Part shown: piece after piece, positions 18,271-27,091 of the stretch
Position numbering within the stretch: position 1 is the first letter of the stretch
How the letters are laid out: each line of letters starts with the position of its first letter
Assembly (NCBI GenBank): GCA_900551885.1
Contig: URXS01000001.1
Coordinates: 720 to 64,719, forward strand
Direction of reading: 5' to 3'
DNA from: an uncultured Oscillibacter sp.
GTDB lineage: Bacteria > Bacillota > Clostridia > Oscillospirales > Oscillospiraceae
DNA: 64,000 nucleotides
Translations under genes and position numbers: made by a program
The notes under the pieces: model-generated
Databases searched by the model: none
Told to the model about the DNA's origin: nothing
Seen by the model: only the letters and a program-made list of their open reading frames with translations

Positions 18271-19299
18271 GTGGCTATCGTGCCGTCGGAGATCTCCTTT
18301 TTACTGTTGACCGGAATGATCTTCGTTTTCACCTACGTAAACGGATTCCATGACGGCTGCAATGTGGTAGCCACTCTGATTGCCAGCCGTGCCATGCGAC
18401 CTCATCCGGCCCTGGCCTGGGCAGCGGCGGTGGAGTTTCTCTCCCCCTTTGCCATTCTGGTGGTGGGGTCCAGCGTATCCAACACCATTCAGAAACTGGT
18501 GGGCGAGGCCTTTTATACTGACCCTGGCAGCCGGGATACCGCTTTGGCCTTCATCACGGCCGGCATTCTGGCCGCTATCCTGTGGAATCTGACCACCTGG
18601 CGCTTTGGTATCCCCGCTTCCTCCTCCCACGCCCTGATTGGCGGCGTGGTGGGGGCCGGCATCGCTGCCTTCGGTACCGGCGCCGTATCCTGGTCCTACT
18701 TCTGGGGTAAAGTAGTGCTGATGATCTTCCTGACCCCGGCGGCCAGCTTTCTGTTGGGGTTTTTGATTTTAAAGCTGCTGCTGCGACTGACCCGCCATGC
18801 GGGAGTTGGCATCAACAAGTTCTTTACATACGCCCAGTGGATCAACATGACCTTCCTGGCTTTCAACCACTCCTTCAACGACTCCCAGAAGTCCATCGGT
18901 ATCGTACTGATTCTCATGGGCATTTACAGCGGTACAGAGGTCAGCATTCCCCTGTGGTCCATCGTCTGCGCGGCGGCATGCCTAGCCTGCGGCATCGCCT
19001 TTGGTGGGTTCAAGATCATCAAGACCGTGGGAACCGGCATCTACAAGGTGCAGCCCATCCACTCCTTCGCCTCTCAACTGACAGCGGGGACCGTCATCCT
19101 GACCTCCTCCCTGCTGGGCGCCCCGGTGTCCGCCAGTCAGATCGTCTCCTCCTCCATCATGGGTGTGGGCGCGGCGGAACGGTACAAGGCAGTCCACTGG
19201 AATGTGGCTGGAAAGATCCTGCTGTCCTGGTTCATCACCATTCCGATCGCCGGCTCCCTGGGGGCACTGTTATTTTTCCTGTTCTCCATGATTTTCTGA
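18271..19299 (+). CDS. PiT-family inorganic phosphate transporter
   Basis: NGFHDGCN, PASSSHALIG, NDSQKSIG, GAPVS motifs. Confidence 0.92.
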   Translation: MAIVPSEISFLLLTGMIFVFTYVNGFHDGCNVVATLIASRAMRPHPALAWAAAVEFLSPFAILVVGSSVSNTIQKLVGEAFYTDPGSRDTALAFITAGILAAILWNLTTWRFGIPASSSHALIGGVVGAGIAAFGTGAVSWSYFWGKVVLMIFLTPAASFLLGFLILKLLLRLTRHAGVGINKFFTYAQWINMTFLAFNHSFNDSQKSIGIVLILMGIYSGTEVSIPLWSIVCAAACLACGIAFGGFKIIKTVGTGIYKVQPIHSFASQLTAGTVILTSSLLGAPVSASQIVSSSIMGVGAAERYKAVHWNVAGKILLSWFITIPIAGSLGALLFFLFSMIF

Positions 19300-19318
19300 T
19301 CGAAGGAGGTCCGCCCAA

Positions 19319-19918
19319 ATGTTTAAACGTAAAAAAAGTCTCAACTTTTACGGTCTGCTGATCCAGCAGGTCACCGTTATCCGGGACGCTGTGGAGGCCT
19401 TATGCCGCTTCTGTCAGGACCCCACCCAGGAAAACGGTGACTTTGTGAAGGTCAAGGAGAAGGAGGCCGACGCCATCCGCCGGGAACTGGTAGAGGACAT
19501 CAACCGCACCTTCATCACCCCCATCGATCGGGAAGACCTGTTCCGCCTGTGCTCCTCTGTGGACGATCTGGCCGACTACGCCTGGACAACCGTAAAAGAA
19601 CTTCGCATTTACGAGATTCCGCCTGACGACCACCTGCTGACCATGGCCAACACTTTACTGCAGATGGCAGAGGGGCTGTTGGTCTGTGTACAAAACCTGG
19701 AAAAGGACCACACCAAGGTCTACCAGGAGGCCACGCGGGTCAAAAAGTTGGAGAATACACTCAATGTTCAATTCCATCAGTCCATGACGGAATTGTTCGC
19801 TGGGGACGACTTCCACCATATTTTGAAATACCGGGAAATTTACAGCCATATGAATCACGCCTCTGATAAAGGCGACGCCAGCGCCGATATTTTGTTAGAT
19901 ATCATCGTCAAACTTTGA
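19319..19918 (+). CDS. DUF47 PhoU-like Pit accessory protein
   Basis: EKEAD, TFITPIDREDL, KYREIY motifs. Confidence 0.88.
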   Translation: MFKRKKSLNFYGLLIQQVTVIRDAVEALCRFCQDPTQENGDFVKVKEKEADAIRRELVEDINRTFITPIDREDLFRLCSSVDDLADYAWTTVKELRIYEIPPDDHLLTMANTLLQMAEGLLVCVQNLEKDHTKVYQEATRVKKLENTLNVQFHQSMTELFAGDDFHHILKYREIYSHMNHASDKGDASADILLDIIVKL

Positions 19919-19961
19919 AACCCATCTTCTTTTCTCCTAACCCGGCGGCTTGTCCGCCGCC

Positions 19962-19993
19962 GCAAAAAAGCACCGCTTTCGCGGTGCTTTTGC
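19962..19993. terminator. Bidirectional terminator
   Basis: AAAAGCACCGC TTTC GCGGTGCTTTT between convergent genes. Confidence 0.75.
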
Positions 19994-20008
19994 GGCGCTT
20001 ATGGGGTT

Positions 20009-21013
20009 TTACAGCAGCGGACGGCAGGTACCCCGCTGAATCAGGCTGGGCGTCATGATCTGGTGGACATATCCCTGCGTTCCCCGCTCGATCTTATCCA
20101 ACAGCATATCCACCGCCTGAACCGCCATGGCTTTCTTGGGCTGCTCGATGGTGGTCAGGTCGATCCGGGGCAACGCCGTGGAGGGGATATTATCAAACCC
20201 GATCAGACTCAAACGGTCCGGAATAGCGATTCCCAACTCATCCGCCGCCTTTAAAATTCCCAGGGCATTGGAGTCCGTGGAGGCAAAGATGGCTGTGTAG
20301 TCAATGGGCCGGGAGAACAAGTCCTTGGCCATCTCATAGCCGTATTCAATGGATGAGCGGGCATATTCGCTGTTATAGAACCGCTGCCGCAGCCCCAACT
20401 GCTGACAGGCCCGCATGTACCCCTCCGCCCGGAGCTGATGGGTAGTGGAATGGCGGCGGCCAAAGTACAAAATCTCACGGTGACCTAGAGAATAGAGATA
20501 CTCCGTTCCCAGAAACGTTCCCTGGCTGTTGTCCACAGCCACATAGCTCTGAGGCTGGTCCCGCAGATTCTCGCTGAGAAACACCGTGGGCACCTGATCC
20601 GTATAGGCCCGAATATTCTCATAGGTCTTAGGACTCTGAGGAACGATCAGAATACCGTCCACCTTCCGGCCCAGCAGCAGCTTCACCACGATTTTTTCCT
20701 GCTTCATATCCGGCCCTGAGTTGCACAGCATGATGTTATACCCATGGGAACGGGCGCTCATCTCCGCATAATAAGCCAGTTGGGACATGAATTCATTGTC
20801 AATGGCAGGTACCACCAAACCGATCAGATCCGTCTTCTTCATGACCATGGACCGGGCCACGTAGTTGGTGGTGTAACCCATCTCGTCACACAGCTTGATG
20901 ATCCGTTCCCGGGTATCACTGCCGATCTGGGAGCTACCAGACAAAGCCCTGGACACTGTGGCGTAGGAAACACCGGCGGCCTTGGCCACATCTTTTAATG
21001 TCACACTTTTCAT
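20009..21013 (-). CDS. LacI-family regulator
   Basis: TLKDVAKAAGVSYATVSRAL, IGFDNI, LTTIEQP motifs. Confidence 0.95.
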   Translation of the reverse strand: MKSVTLKDVAKAAGVSYATVSRALSGSSQIGSDTRERIIKLCDEMGYTTNYVARSMVMKKTDLIGLVVPAIDNEFMSQLAYYAEMSARSHGYNIMLCNSGPDMKQEKIVVKLLLGRKVDGILIVPQSPKTYENIRAYTDQVPTVFLSENLRDQPQSYVAVDNSQGTFLGTEYLYSLGHREILYFGRRHSTTHQLRAEGYMRACQQLGLRQRFYNSEYARSSIEYGYEMAKDLFSRPIDYTAIFASTDSNALGILKAADELGIAIPDRLSLIGFDNIPSTALPRIDLTTIEQPKKAMAVQAVDMLLDKIERGTQGYVHQIMTPSLIQRGTCRPLL

Positions 21014-21054
21014 AGCCCATCGTCCTTTTCCAATGACAGCGGTCCGCGCCAGCC

Positions 21055-21066
21055 GCAAACGTTTCC
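21055..21066. promoter_or_regulatory. LacI-type operator (possible autoregulation)
   Basis: GCAAACGTTTCC between the lacI promoter (minus strand TTGACA 21150-21145, 17 nt, TATGCT) and its start. Confidence 0.6.
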
Positions 21067-21220
21067 ATCTGTTTGATCCAACCTCGGGCAAAACCGCGCT
21101 TTTACGTTTTTTCTATACAAAAGCATATATAATTTCTCCCTGAATGTCAACATCAATCTGCTTTTTTTGAACTTTGTTCAGAAAAGCAAAAAATGGACCC
21201 ACTCTTTGGCATTTGCTATA

Positions 21221-21277
21221 TTGACAAATCAGGGCATTTTAGCCTAAAATGAAGTTGTAAAGAGCGCAAACGTTTGC
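21221..21277 (+). promoter_or_regulatory. Promoter and perfect operator of the HAD operon
   Basis: TTGACA (21221)-18 nt-TAAAAT (21245); palindrome GCAAACGTTTGC at 21266-21277. Confidence 0.75.
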
Positions 21278-21497
21278 AAATCCTCTGGAAAGTGTTACCA
21301 CGGAACGCCTGCCCCTATTCTCATTCAGGAATTCGGACCGGCGGCTCCTTCTTTCCGTGGCGGCACCTGTATCCCCTCCGGAGGCATCCTGCACTCCCCT
21401 GCGCCGCGGCTAATCTGCCGGGGCGCAGGCTGCTCATGGCGTGCGGACCGGTTCGCCGGACCACCGTCTGAATCTTACAAAATAGGAGGAGACTGTC

Positions 21498-22232
21498 ATG
21501 ACACCCGATATCAAGACCATCTTTTTCGACGTAGGCAACACCCTTCGCATCGTTTTGAAAGAACAGGATTTCATTGACAAGGCAGAAGCCGACCTGATGA
21601 AGTTGATCCAGACCACCGAGACTCATGACGAATTGTTCGCCAAGCTGGAGGAGCGGTGGAAGGCATATCGCAAGATGTCCAAGGCCACGCTACTGGACGC
21701 CTCCGAGGGCGAACTGTGGACCCAGTACATGCTGCCGGAATATGACACCAACATGATCTTTGCCAACGCGCCCAAGCTGACCCGTCTGTGGCGGGACCAC
21801 GACGGCCGCCGGGTGGCCCGGCCTGACGCTGTGTCCACCTTAAAGGAACTGTACGCCAGAGGCTATACTCTGGGCATCATCGCCAACACGGTCACTGAGA
21901 CGGAGATTCCCGACTGGATGGCTGCCGACGGCGTTGCCCAGTGCTTCAAGACCACCATTCTCTCCTCCAAAGTCCGTCTGCGCAAGCCAGACCCGGCTAT
22001 TTATCACCTGGCCTGCCGCTGCATCGGCACCCCCGAAGCCAACTGTGCCTACGTGGGCGACAACCCGGTCCGAGATGTGGAAGGCACCCAAGCTGCAGGC
22101 TTTGCCATGATGATCCGCATCGATGAGCCGGATACTCTCAACATGGAGAAGGCCACTGGCAAGGAGTTCACTCCTGATCGTGTGATCACCAGTCTTTCAC
22201 AGCTTTTGGATATCTTTCCCGCCAGGAATTGA
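21498..22232 (+). CDS. HAD-family hydrolase 1
   Basis: FFDVGNTL, IIAN, RKPDP, YVGDNPVRD motifs. Confidence 0.9.
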   Translation: MTPDIKTIFFDVGNTLRIVLKEQDFIDKAEADLMKLIQTTETHDELFAKLEERWKAYRKMSKATLLDASEGELWTQYMLPEYDTNMIFANAPKLTRLWRDHDGRRVARPDAVSTLKELYARGYTLGIIANTVTETEIPDWMAADGVAQCFKTTILSSKVRLRKPDPAIYHLACRCIGTPEANCAYVGDNPVRDVEGTQAAGFAMMIRIDEPDTLNMEKATGKEFTPDRVITSLSQLLDIFPARN

Positions 22233-22246
22233 GGAGGCGTCCTGAT

Positions 22247-22984
22247 ATGGAATTGAAGAAGCGTTACAAAGTGGTATTCTTTGACCTGGGTGGTACGCTG
22301 CGCATTGCTCTGAATGACGAGCCCTATATGCGCCACGCCCGTCGCAAGATGGCGGAAATTGCCGGCACGGATATGCCCTACGAGGACTTCTACCAGTTGG
22401 TGGAGGACCGCTACGAGCCTTACCGCAAGTGGGCTCTGGGGGAAAACAAGGAATCCGGTGATGAGGAGTTGTGGTGCAAGTGGCTGCTGCCAGACTATGA
22501 CCACATGCATATCGCTCACGCCTGCCATGAGCTGTCTTTCCAGTACCGGCAGTCCAAGGGCCGCCGGGTGGTGGTGGACGGCGGTGTGGAGGTCATTCGC
22601 ACCCTTTACCAGCGTGGTTACCGCCTGGGCATCATCTCCAACCTCATCGGTGAAACGGAGGTCCCCGACTGGCTGGAGGAGGACGGACTGGACAAATATT
22701 TCTCCAGTGTGGTCCTCTCCTCCGTTTGCCATCTGCGCAAGCCCTGCGCGGAGATTTACCGTATCGCCTCCCAGGAGCTGGGCGTGGACCTGGCGGACTG
22801 TGTATCCGTGGCCGACAACGTCAAGCGGGACCTGTCCGGTGCCATTGACGCTGGTGTGGGCTGCAATATCATCTTCCGCTCTCCTGAGAAAAAGCACCCG
22901 GTGGAAATCTCCGGCGAAATCCGTCCCGATGCTGTCATCTCCGAATTCACGGAGCTGCTGGATCTTCTGCCGCCTTTGAACTGA
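22247..22984 (+). CDS. HAD-family hydrolase 2
   Basis: FFDLGGTL, IISN, RKPC, VADNVKRD motifs. Confidence 0.9.
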   Translation: MELKKRYKVVFFDLGGTLRIALNDEPYMRHARRKMAEIAGTDMPYEDFYQLVEDRYEPYRKWALGENKESGDEELWCKWLLPDYDHMHIAHACHELSFQYRQSKGRRVVVDGGVEVIRTLYQRGYRLGIISNLIGETEVPDWLEEDGLDKYFSSVVLSSVCHLRKPCAEIYRIASQELGVDLADCVSVADNVKRDLSGAIDAGVGCNIIFRSPEKKHPVEISGEIRPDAVISEFTELLDLLPPLN

Positions 22985-22990
22985 GGCGGT

Positions 22991-23105
22991 TCAGCCTGTC
23001 GAAAAGGTCTTTTCGACAGGCTGAGCAGGTTTTCAGGCCTATCCACTTCTCGAAAACCTGCTCCTGAGACCAGCGGATTTGCTGCTCTCACCCGCTGGCT
23101 TTTTT
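22991..23105. repeat. Three tandem inverted repeats between HAD2 and HAD3
   Basis: 16-bp perfect IR at 22991-23024; 12-bp IR at 23023-23063; 7-bp stem plus T6 at 23070-23105. Confidence 0.8.
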
Positions 23106-23168
23106 ACCGGCGGGAGCCCGGTACGCCGCCCGCCGTAAAGAGGCGGCAAAGAAAAGGAGGCTGGAGGC

Positions 23169-23945
23169 ATGAATACCGATATTCGCTTCATCTTTTTCGA
23201 TCTGGGTGGAACCTTCCGGGTCATCAAGGAAGATCCCGCCTATCTGGCCGCTGCCAAAACCAAGATTGCGGAGCTGTGCGGCGTTCAGGTGGAGGACCCC
23301 TGCGCCTGGTTTGACACCGTCATTGACAAGCGGTACGACAAGTACCGGGAGTGGGCCCTGAAATTCATGTGCGAGGCACCGGAGGAGGTCCTGTGGACCC
23401 GCTGGCTGGCTTTCGACTGCGACCGGGACCGGATTCTCCGCAATGCCGGAGAGCTGACCTATCAGTACCGCCAGACCAAGGGCATCCGCACTGTGGTGGA
23501 CGGCGGCGCCGAGACCGTCAAGGAACTGTGCGCCAGAGGCTACACCCTGGGCATCATCAGCGACCTGGTGGGCCGCCGGGAAGTAGACGAGTGGCTGGAC
23601 GCCGACGGTCTGCGGCCGTATTTCAAAACCGTACAACAGTCCTCCATCACCTACGTCCGCAAACCGGGTCCCGCCATCTACTACTACGCTCTGGATGAGG
23701 TAAAGGCCCAGCCGGAGAACTGCTGTTATGTGGGCGACAACCTCAACCGCGACATCGTGGGTGCCAAGGCCTGCGCCTTCGGCATGACCGTGACGGTGCA
23801 ATATGATCCCTCCAAGCCACTGAAGCTGACGGAGGAGAATATGCCCGACGCCAAGGTCTACACCTTCCCCCAGCTTCTGGACATCTTCCCCGCCCGTGGG
23901 CAGGTGGCCACCGACAAGTTGATTCTTCCCACCGAGGGGCAGTAA
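23169..23945 (+). CDS. HAD-family hydrolase 3
   Basis: FFDLGGTF, IISD, RKPGP, YVGDNLNRD motifs. Confidence 0.9.
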   Translation: MNTDIRFIFFDLGGTFRVIKEDPAYLAAAKTKIAELCGVQVEDPCAWFDTVIDKRYDKYREWALKFMCEAPEEVLWTRWLAFDCDRDRILRNAGELTYQYRQTKGIRTVVDGGAETVKELCARGYTLGIISDLVGRREVDEWLDADGLRPYFKTVQQSSITYVRKPGPAIYYYALDEVKAQPENCCYVGDNLNRDIVGAKACAFGMTVTVQYDPSKPLKLTEENMPDAKVYTFPQLLDIFPARGQVATDKLILPTEGQ

Positions 23946-23979
23946 AGCCCCCCGCACATAAAACTAAGGAGGTACATCT

Positions 23980-25548
23980 ATGTCTCAATCCAACCATGGT
24001 GGTGCCCAGTTGGCGGAGGCCGTCAAGCGGGCATATGCCTTAGGCCAGGACGACTACCATCTGGAACCCATGGTCCTGACGGAAAACGGTGCGCCCGTTG
24101 GCCGCATTCAGGATAATGACGCCGTGATCTTCTGCTGCCGCCGGGGCGAGCGGGAAATCGAGCTGACGGAGATGTTCACCGATAAGGACTTCAATGCCGT
24201 GGATATCCACAAGCTCAACAACCTGCATTTTTCCATTCTGACTCTATATCATGATAAATTTAAGAATCTTCCCATCGCCTTCGCGCCGGAGCATGTGACG
24301 CAGCCACTGGCCCAGGTGCTCTCCGAGGCTGGCAAGACCCAGCTCCACTGCGCTGAGTCCGAGAAGTTCGCCCATGTCACCTTCTTTTTCAACGGTGGAG
24401 AGAACAATCCCTTCCCCGGCGAGGACGACATTTGTATCCCCTCCCCCAAGGGTATCGACTTCGATCAGCAGCCGGAACTGTCTCTGCCAAAGGTGACGGA
24501 TACTCTGACAGAGGCTCTGGGCAAGTACGATTTCATCGTCACCAACTTCGCCAACGGAGACGTCATCGGTCATACTCAGAATACCGCCGCCAAGCTGGAA
24601 GCCTGTGCTCATGTGAGCCGGGCTCTGGACAAGGTAGTGAATGACGCCCTGTCCAAAGGCTATGTGGTGGCCGTCACCGCTGACCACGGTAATATTGAAA
24701 AGCTTTACACGCCTGCCGGCAAACCCGACGGCGCCCACACCACCAACCTGGTGGCCTTCGTCATGATGGATCCCGCCGATCCCACCCCCATCAAACTGCA
24801 CGATGGTGCCCTCAGCGACGTGGCTCCCACGGTACTGGATGTCATGGGCATCCCCCAGCCCGCTGTCATGACCGGCAAGTCTCTGGCAGAGGGGCACAAC
24901 TGGGGCAAGGACCGCAAGATGCTGCTGATCATCTGTGACGGCTGGGGGCTGGGCTCTGGCGATGAGGGCGACGCCATCCACATTTCCGACACGCCTTACT
25001 GGGACAGCCTACTGGCCAACCAGTCCTGGTCCAAGCTCCATGCCTCCGGCGAACACGTGGGCCTGGGCGCCGGGAAAGCCGGTAACTCCGAAGCGGGCCA
25101 CTCCAACCTGGGCGCCGGCCGCTGCGTCATGCAGGACGACGTCCGCCTGGACGCCGCCGTCAAAGACGGCAGCTTCCAGCGCAATCCGGTATTCCTGGAG
25201 GCTGTGGACCATGTGAAGAAAAACGGTTCCTCCCTACATCTGTTGGCATACCTGACCTACAAGTCCTCCCACGGCTGCATCGATTATCCCCTGTCCATCT
25301 GCCAGATGGCCAAGGAACAGGGCCTGCCCCAGGTCTACTTCCACATCATCTTTGACGGCCGCTCCACGGAGCCCGGCTCCGCGCCCACCCTGCTGACGGA
25401 GCTGGACCAACGGCTGGATCAGATCGGCCTTGGCCTGGTGGTGGACGGCGCCGGTCGCGGCGTGGTTCTGGACCGGGACAAGAACTACGACAAGGTGAAG
25501 CGGGGCTACGACGCCATGGTGGACGGTGTGGGTACCCTCTACTCCTGA
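23980..25548 (+). CDS. Circularly permuted cofactor-independent phosphoglycerate mutase (GpmI)-like enzyme
   Basis: GpmI C-half motifs (ESEKFAHVTFFF, NGDVIGH, TADHGN, AHTTN, DVAPT, MTGKSL) precede the N-half motifs (LIICDGWG, GNSEAGH, DGRS, DRD). Confidence 0.88.
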   Translation: MSQSNHGGAQLAEAVKRAYALGQDDYHLEPMVLTENGAPVGRIQDNDAVIFCCRRGEREIELTEMFTDKDFNAVDIHKLNNLHFSILTLYHDKFKNLPIAFAPEHVTQPLAQVLSEAGKTQLHCAESEKFAHVTFFFNGGENNPFPGEDDICIPSPKGIDFDQQPELSLPKVTDTLTEALGKYDFIVTNFANGDVIGHTQNTAAKLEACAHVSRALDKVVNDALSKGYVVAVTADHGNIEKLYTPAGKPDGAHTTNLVAFVMMDPADPTPIKLHDGALSDVAPTVLDVMGIPQPAVMTGKSLAEGHNWGKDRKMLLIICDGWGLGSGDEGDAIHISDTPYWDSLLANQSWSKLHASGEHVGLGAGKAGNSEAGHSNLGAGRCVMQDDVRLDAAVKDGSFQRNPVFLEAVDHVKKNGSSLHLLAYLTYKSSHGCIDYPLSICQMAKEQGLPQVYFHIIFDGRSTEPGSAPTLLTELDQRLDQIGLGLVVDGAGRGVVLDRDKNYDKVKRGYDAMVDGVGTLYS

Positions 25549-25567
25549 GAACCTCATTTTCAAAACA

Positions 25568-25612
25568 AAAAGGCACCGGAGGAATGGCATTCCTCCGGTG
25601 CCTTTTTATTTT
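25568..25612. terminator. Intrinsic, likely bidirectional terminator
   Basis: AAAAGGCACCGGAGGAAT...ATTCCTCCGGTGCCTTTTT. Confidence 0.8.
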
Positions 25613-25676
25613 CCTTGCAGAAAACGGGAGCCGGTATTGCCGGCCCCCGCATTGATTCCGTATTTAAGTTCCGGCA

Positions 25677-26453
25677 TCAGGCCGGACGGACACCGGAGCA
25701 CTCCGCCTTCTGCTGATCGCGCAGAATGGTGTAGACCTCATAGATGTCCTCAATAGAGTAGGTGGGCTTCACCGAATCGGGAATATCTGTGTCACGGGAA
25801 GCAGTCAGGAAGGAGTGAATGTGGAAAGTCATTCCAAAGCCCATATTCTGGGGACCAATCACATCCCGTGAGAAGGTGTCACCCACGTAGGCGCACTCCG
25901 CAGGATCCGACTGGACCTGGTACAGGGAAACTTTGAAAATATTGGGATCCGGCTTTCGATAGCCGGTCACCGAAGACAGCGTTACATCCTGGAAGTAATC
26001 CCGGATGCCATACTCCTTCAAAATCTCATAGACCTGAAACAGGCTGGCGGTATTGCTGATAACGCCCAGCTTCATACCCAGGCCCTTCAATCCCTCCAAC
26101 ATCTCCTTGACCCGGGGGCGCAAACTGCGATGGTAGTGGGTCACTTCCCACATATGGGCCAGTTCTTCTGCAAAGGGGCGAACGGTCTCAAAATCCAGGC
26201 CGAAATCCGTCAGCACGTAGTTGCCCCAGATCTCCTCCGGTTTCAGCTCCCGCTGGGAGGGATTCCGGTACGCAGCATACCGGTCCCAGCCGTCACTCAA
26301 CATCCGGAGGGCGGCGTCCTCGTCCACCTGAACGTCCACGCCATGGTCGCGCAAAATCCGAAGGACACCCTGGGCCGCAGCCATTTTGCTCTCTGCATTG
26401 GAATAGATATCCTCCAGGGTTCCTCCCATATCGAATAATACGGTATTGATCAT
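25677..26453 (-). CDS. HAD-family hydrolase 4
   Basis: LFDMGGTL, VISN, RKPDP, YVGDTFSRD motifs; start overlaps the upstream stop. Confidence 0.88.
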   Translation of the reverse strand: MINTVLFDMGGTLEDIYSNAESKMAAAQGVLRILRDHGVDVQVDEDAALRMLSDGWDRYAAYRNPSQRELKPEEIWGNYVLTDFGLDFETVRPFAEELAHMWEVTHYHRSLRPRVKEMLEGLKGLGMKLGVISNTASLFQVYEILKEYGIRDYFQDVTLSSVTGYRKPDPNIFKVSLYQVQSDPAECAYVGDTFSRDVIGPQNMGFGMTFHIHSFLTASRDTDIPDSVKPTYSIEDIYEVYTILRDQQKAECSGVRPA

Positions 26454-27001
26454 GGTCTCACAGTCCTTTCGATTCTCCCATTGGTCAGGGTGGGTCTGCG
26501 CCGCTGGTACCGGCGGTACAGCCACAGCGACAGCCCCCCTCCCAGGAGGATGGGTGCTGGCACGAACAGCCCAAAGAACTGCAGGAACAGCATTTGTGCC
26601 TGTGTGTCTCCCCCCAGAATGATCAGCATGGCCACCAAGCACGCGATGGCCAGCACGGCCATCCACAGATAGGAAGCCAACATCATCCGCTTTTCCGGCA
26701 GCAGCCAGGAGAGGCTGCATACCGCTGTGCCCACCAGGGTGGGTACGGCCGCCTCCACAAAATTGACCGTCGCCACAGAGGCGCCCTCCAGCAAGGGATG
26801 GAGAAGGTTGACAAAAATCACATAAGCCGCGGCGTAAACTGCCACAAACACCACACACAGGCAGAAGGAGTACAGCAGCAAAGTACTTTTCACCTTGCCG
26901 TCCTTGGTAAACAGAAAGGCGCCCCAAAAGCGATCTCCCCGTTCCTTCCAGATTCTGTTTCGTTCCTCCTGCCGTAACTGCTCCAATTTTCGGTTCTGCA
27001 C
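26450..27001 (-). CDS. Hypothetical membrane protein (about 4 TM)
   Basis: AGGAGG RBS, GTG start, hydrophobic segments. Confidence 0.7.
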   Translation of the reverse strand: MQNRKLEQLRQEERNRIWKERGDRFWGAFLFTKDGKVKSTLLLYSFCLCVVFVAVYAAAYVIFVNLLHPLLEGASVATVNFVEAAVPTLVGTAVCSLSWLLPEKRMMLASYLWMAVLAIACLVAMLIILGGDTQAQMLFLQFFGLFVPAPILLGGGLSLWLYRRYQRRRPTLTNGRIERTVRP

Positions 27002-27022
27002 GGCGGTCGCCTCCTTTTTTTG

Positions 27023-27056
27023 AAAACGCGGGGGCGGACTTCCGTCCGCCCCCGCG
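27023..27056 (-). terminator. Strong hairpin after the binding-protein gene (partial terminator or mRNA stabiliser)
   Basis: 13-bp perfect stem CGCGGGGGCGGAC/GTCCGCCCCCGCG with a short U tract on the minus strand. Confidence 0.55.
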
Positions 27057-27091
27057 GATCGTGTATCACACAGCAGCCGCCGTGGGACAAG

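Noticed and set aside
25677..26927. 416 aa extended HAD ORF
   Set aside because: The extension overlaps the membrane gene in another frame; the HAD motif starts at the Met at 26453
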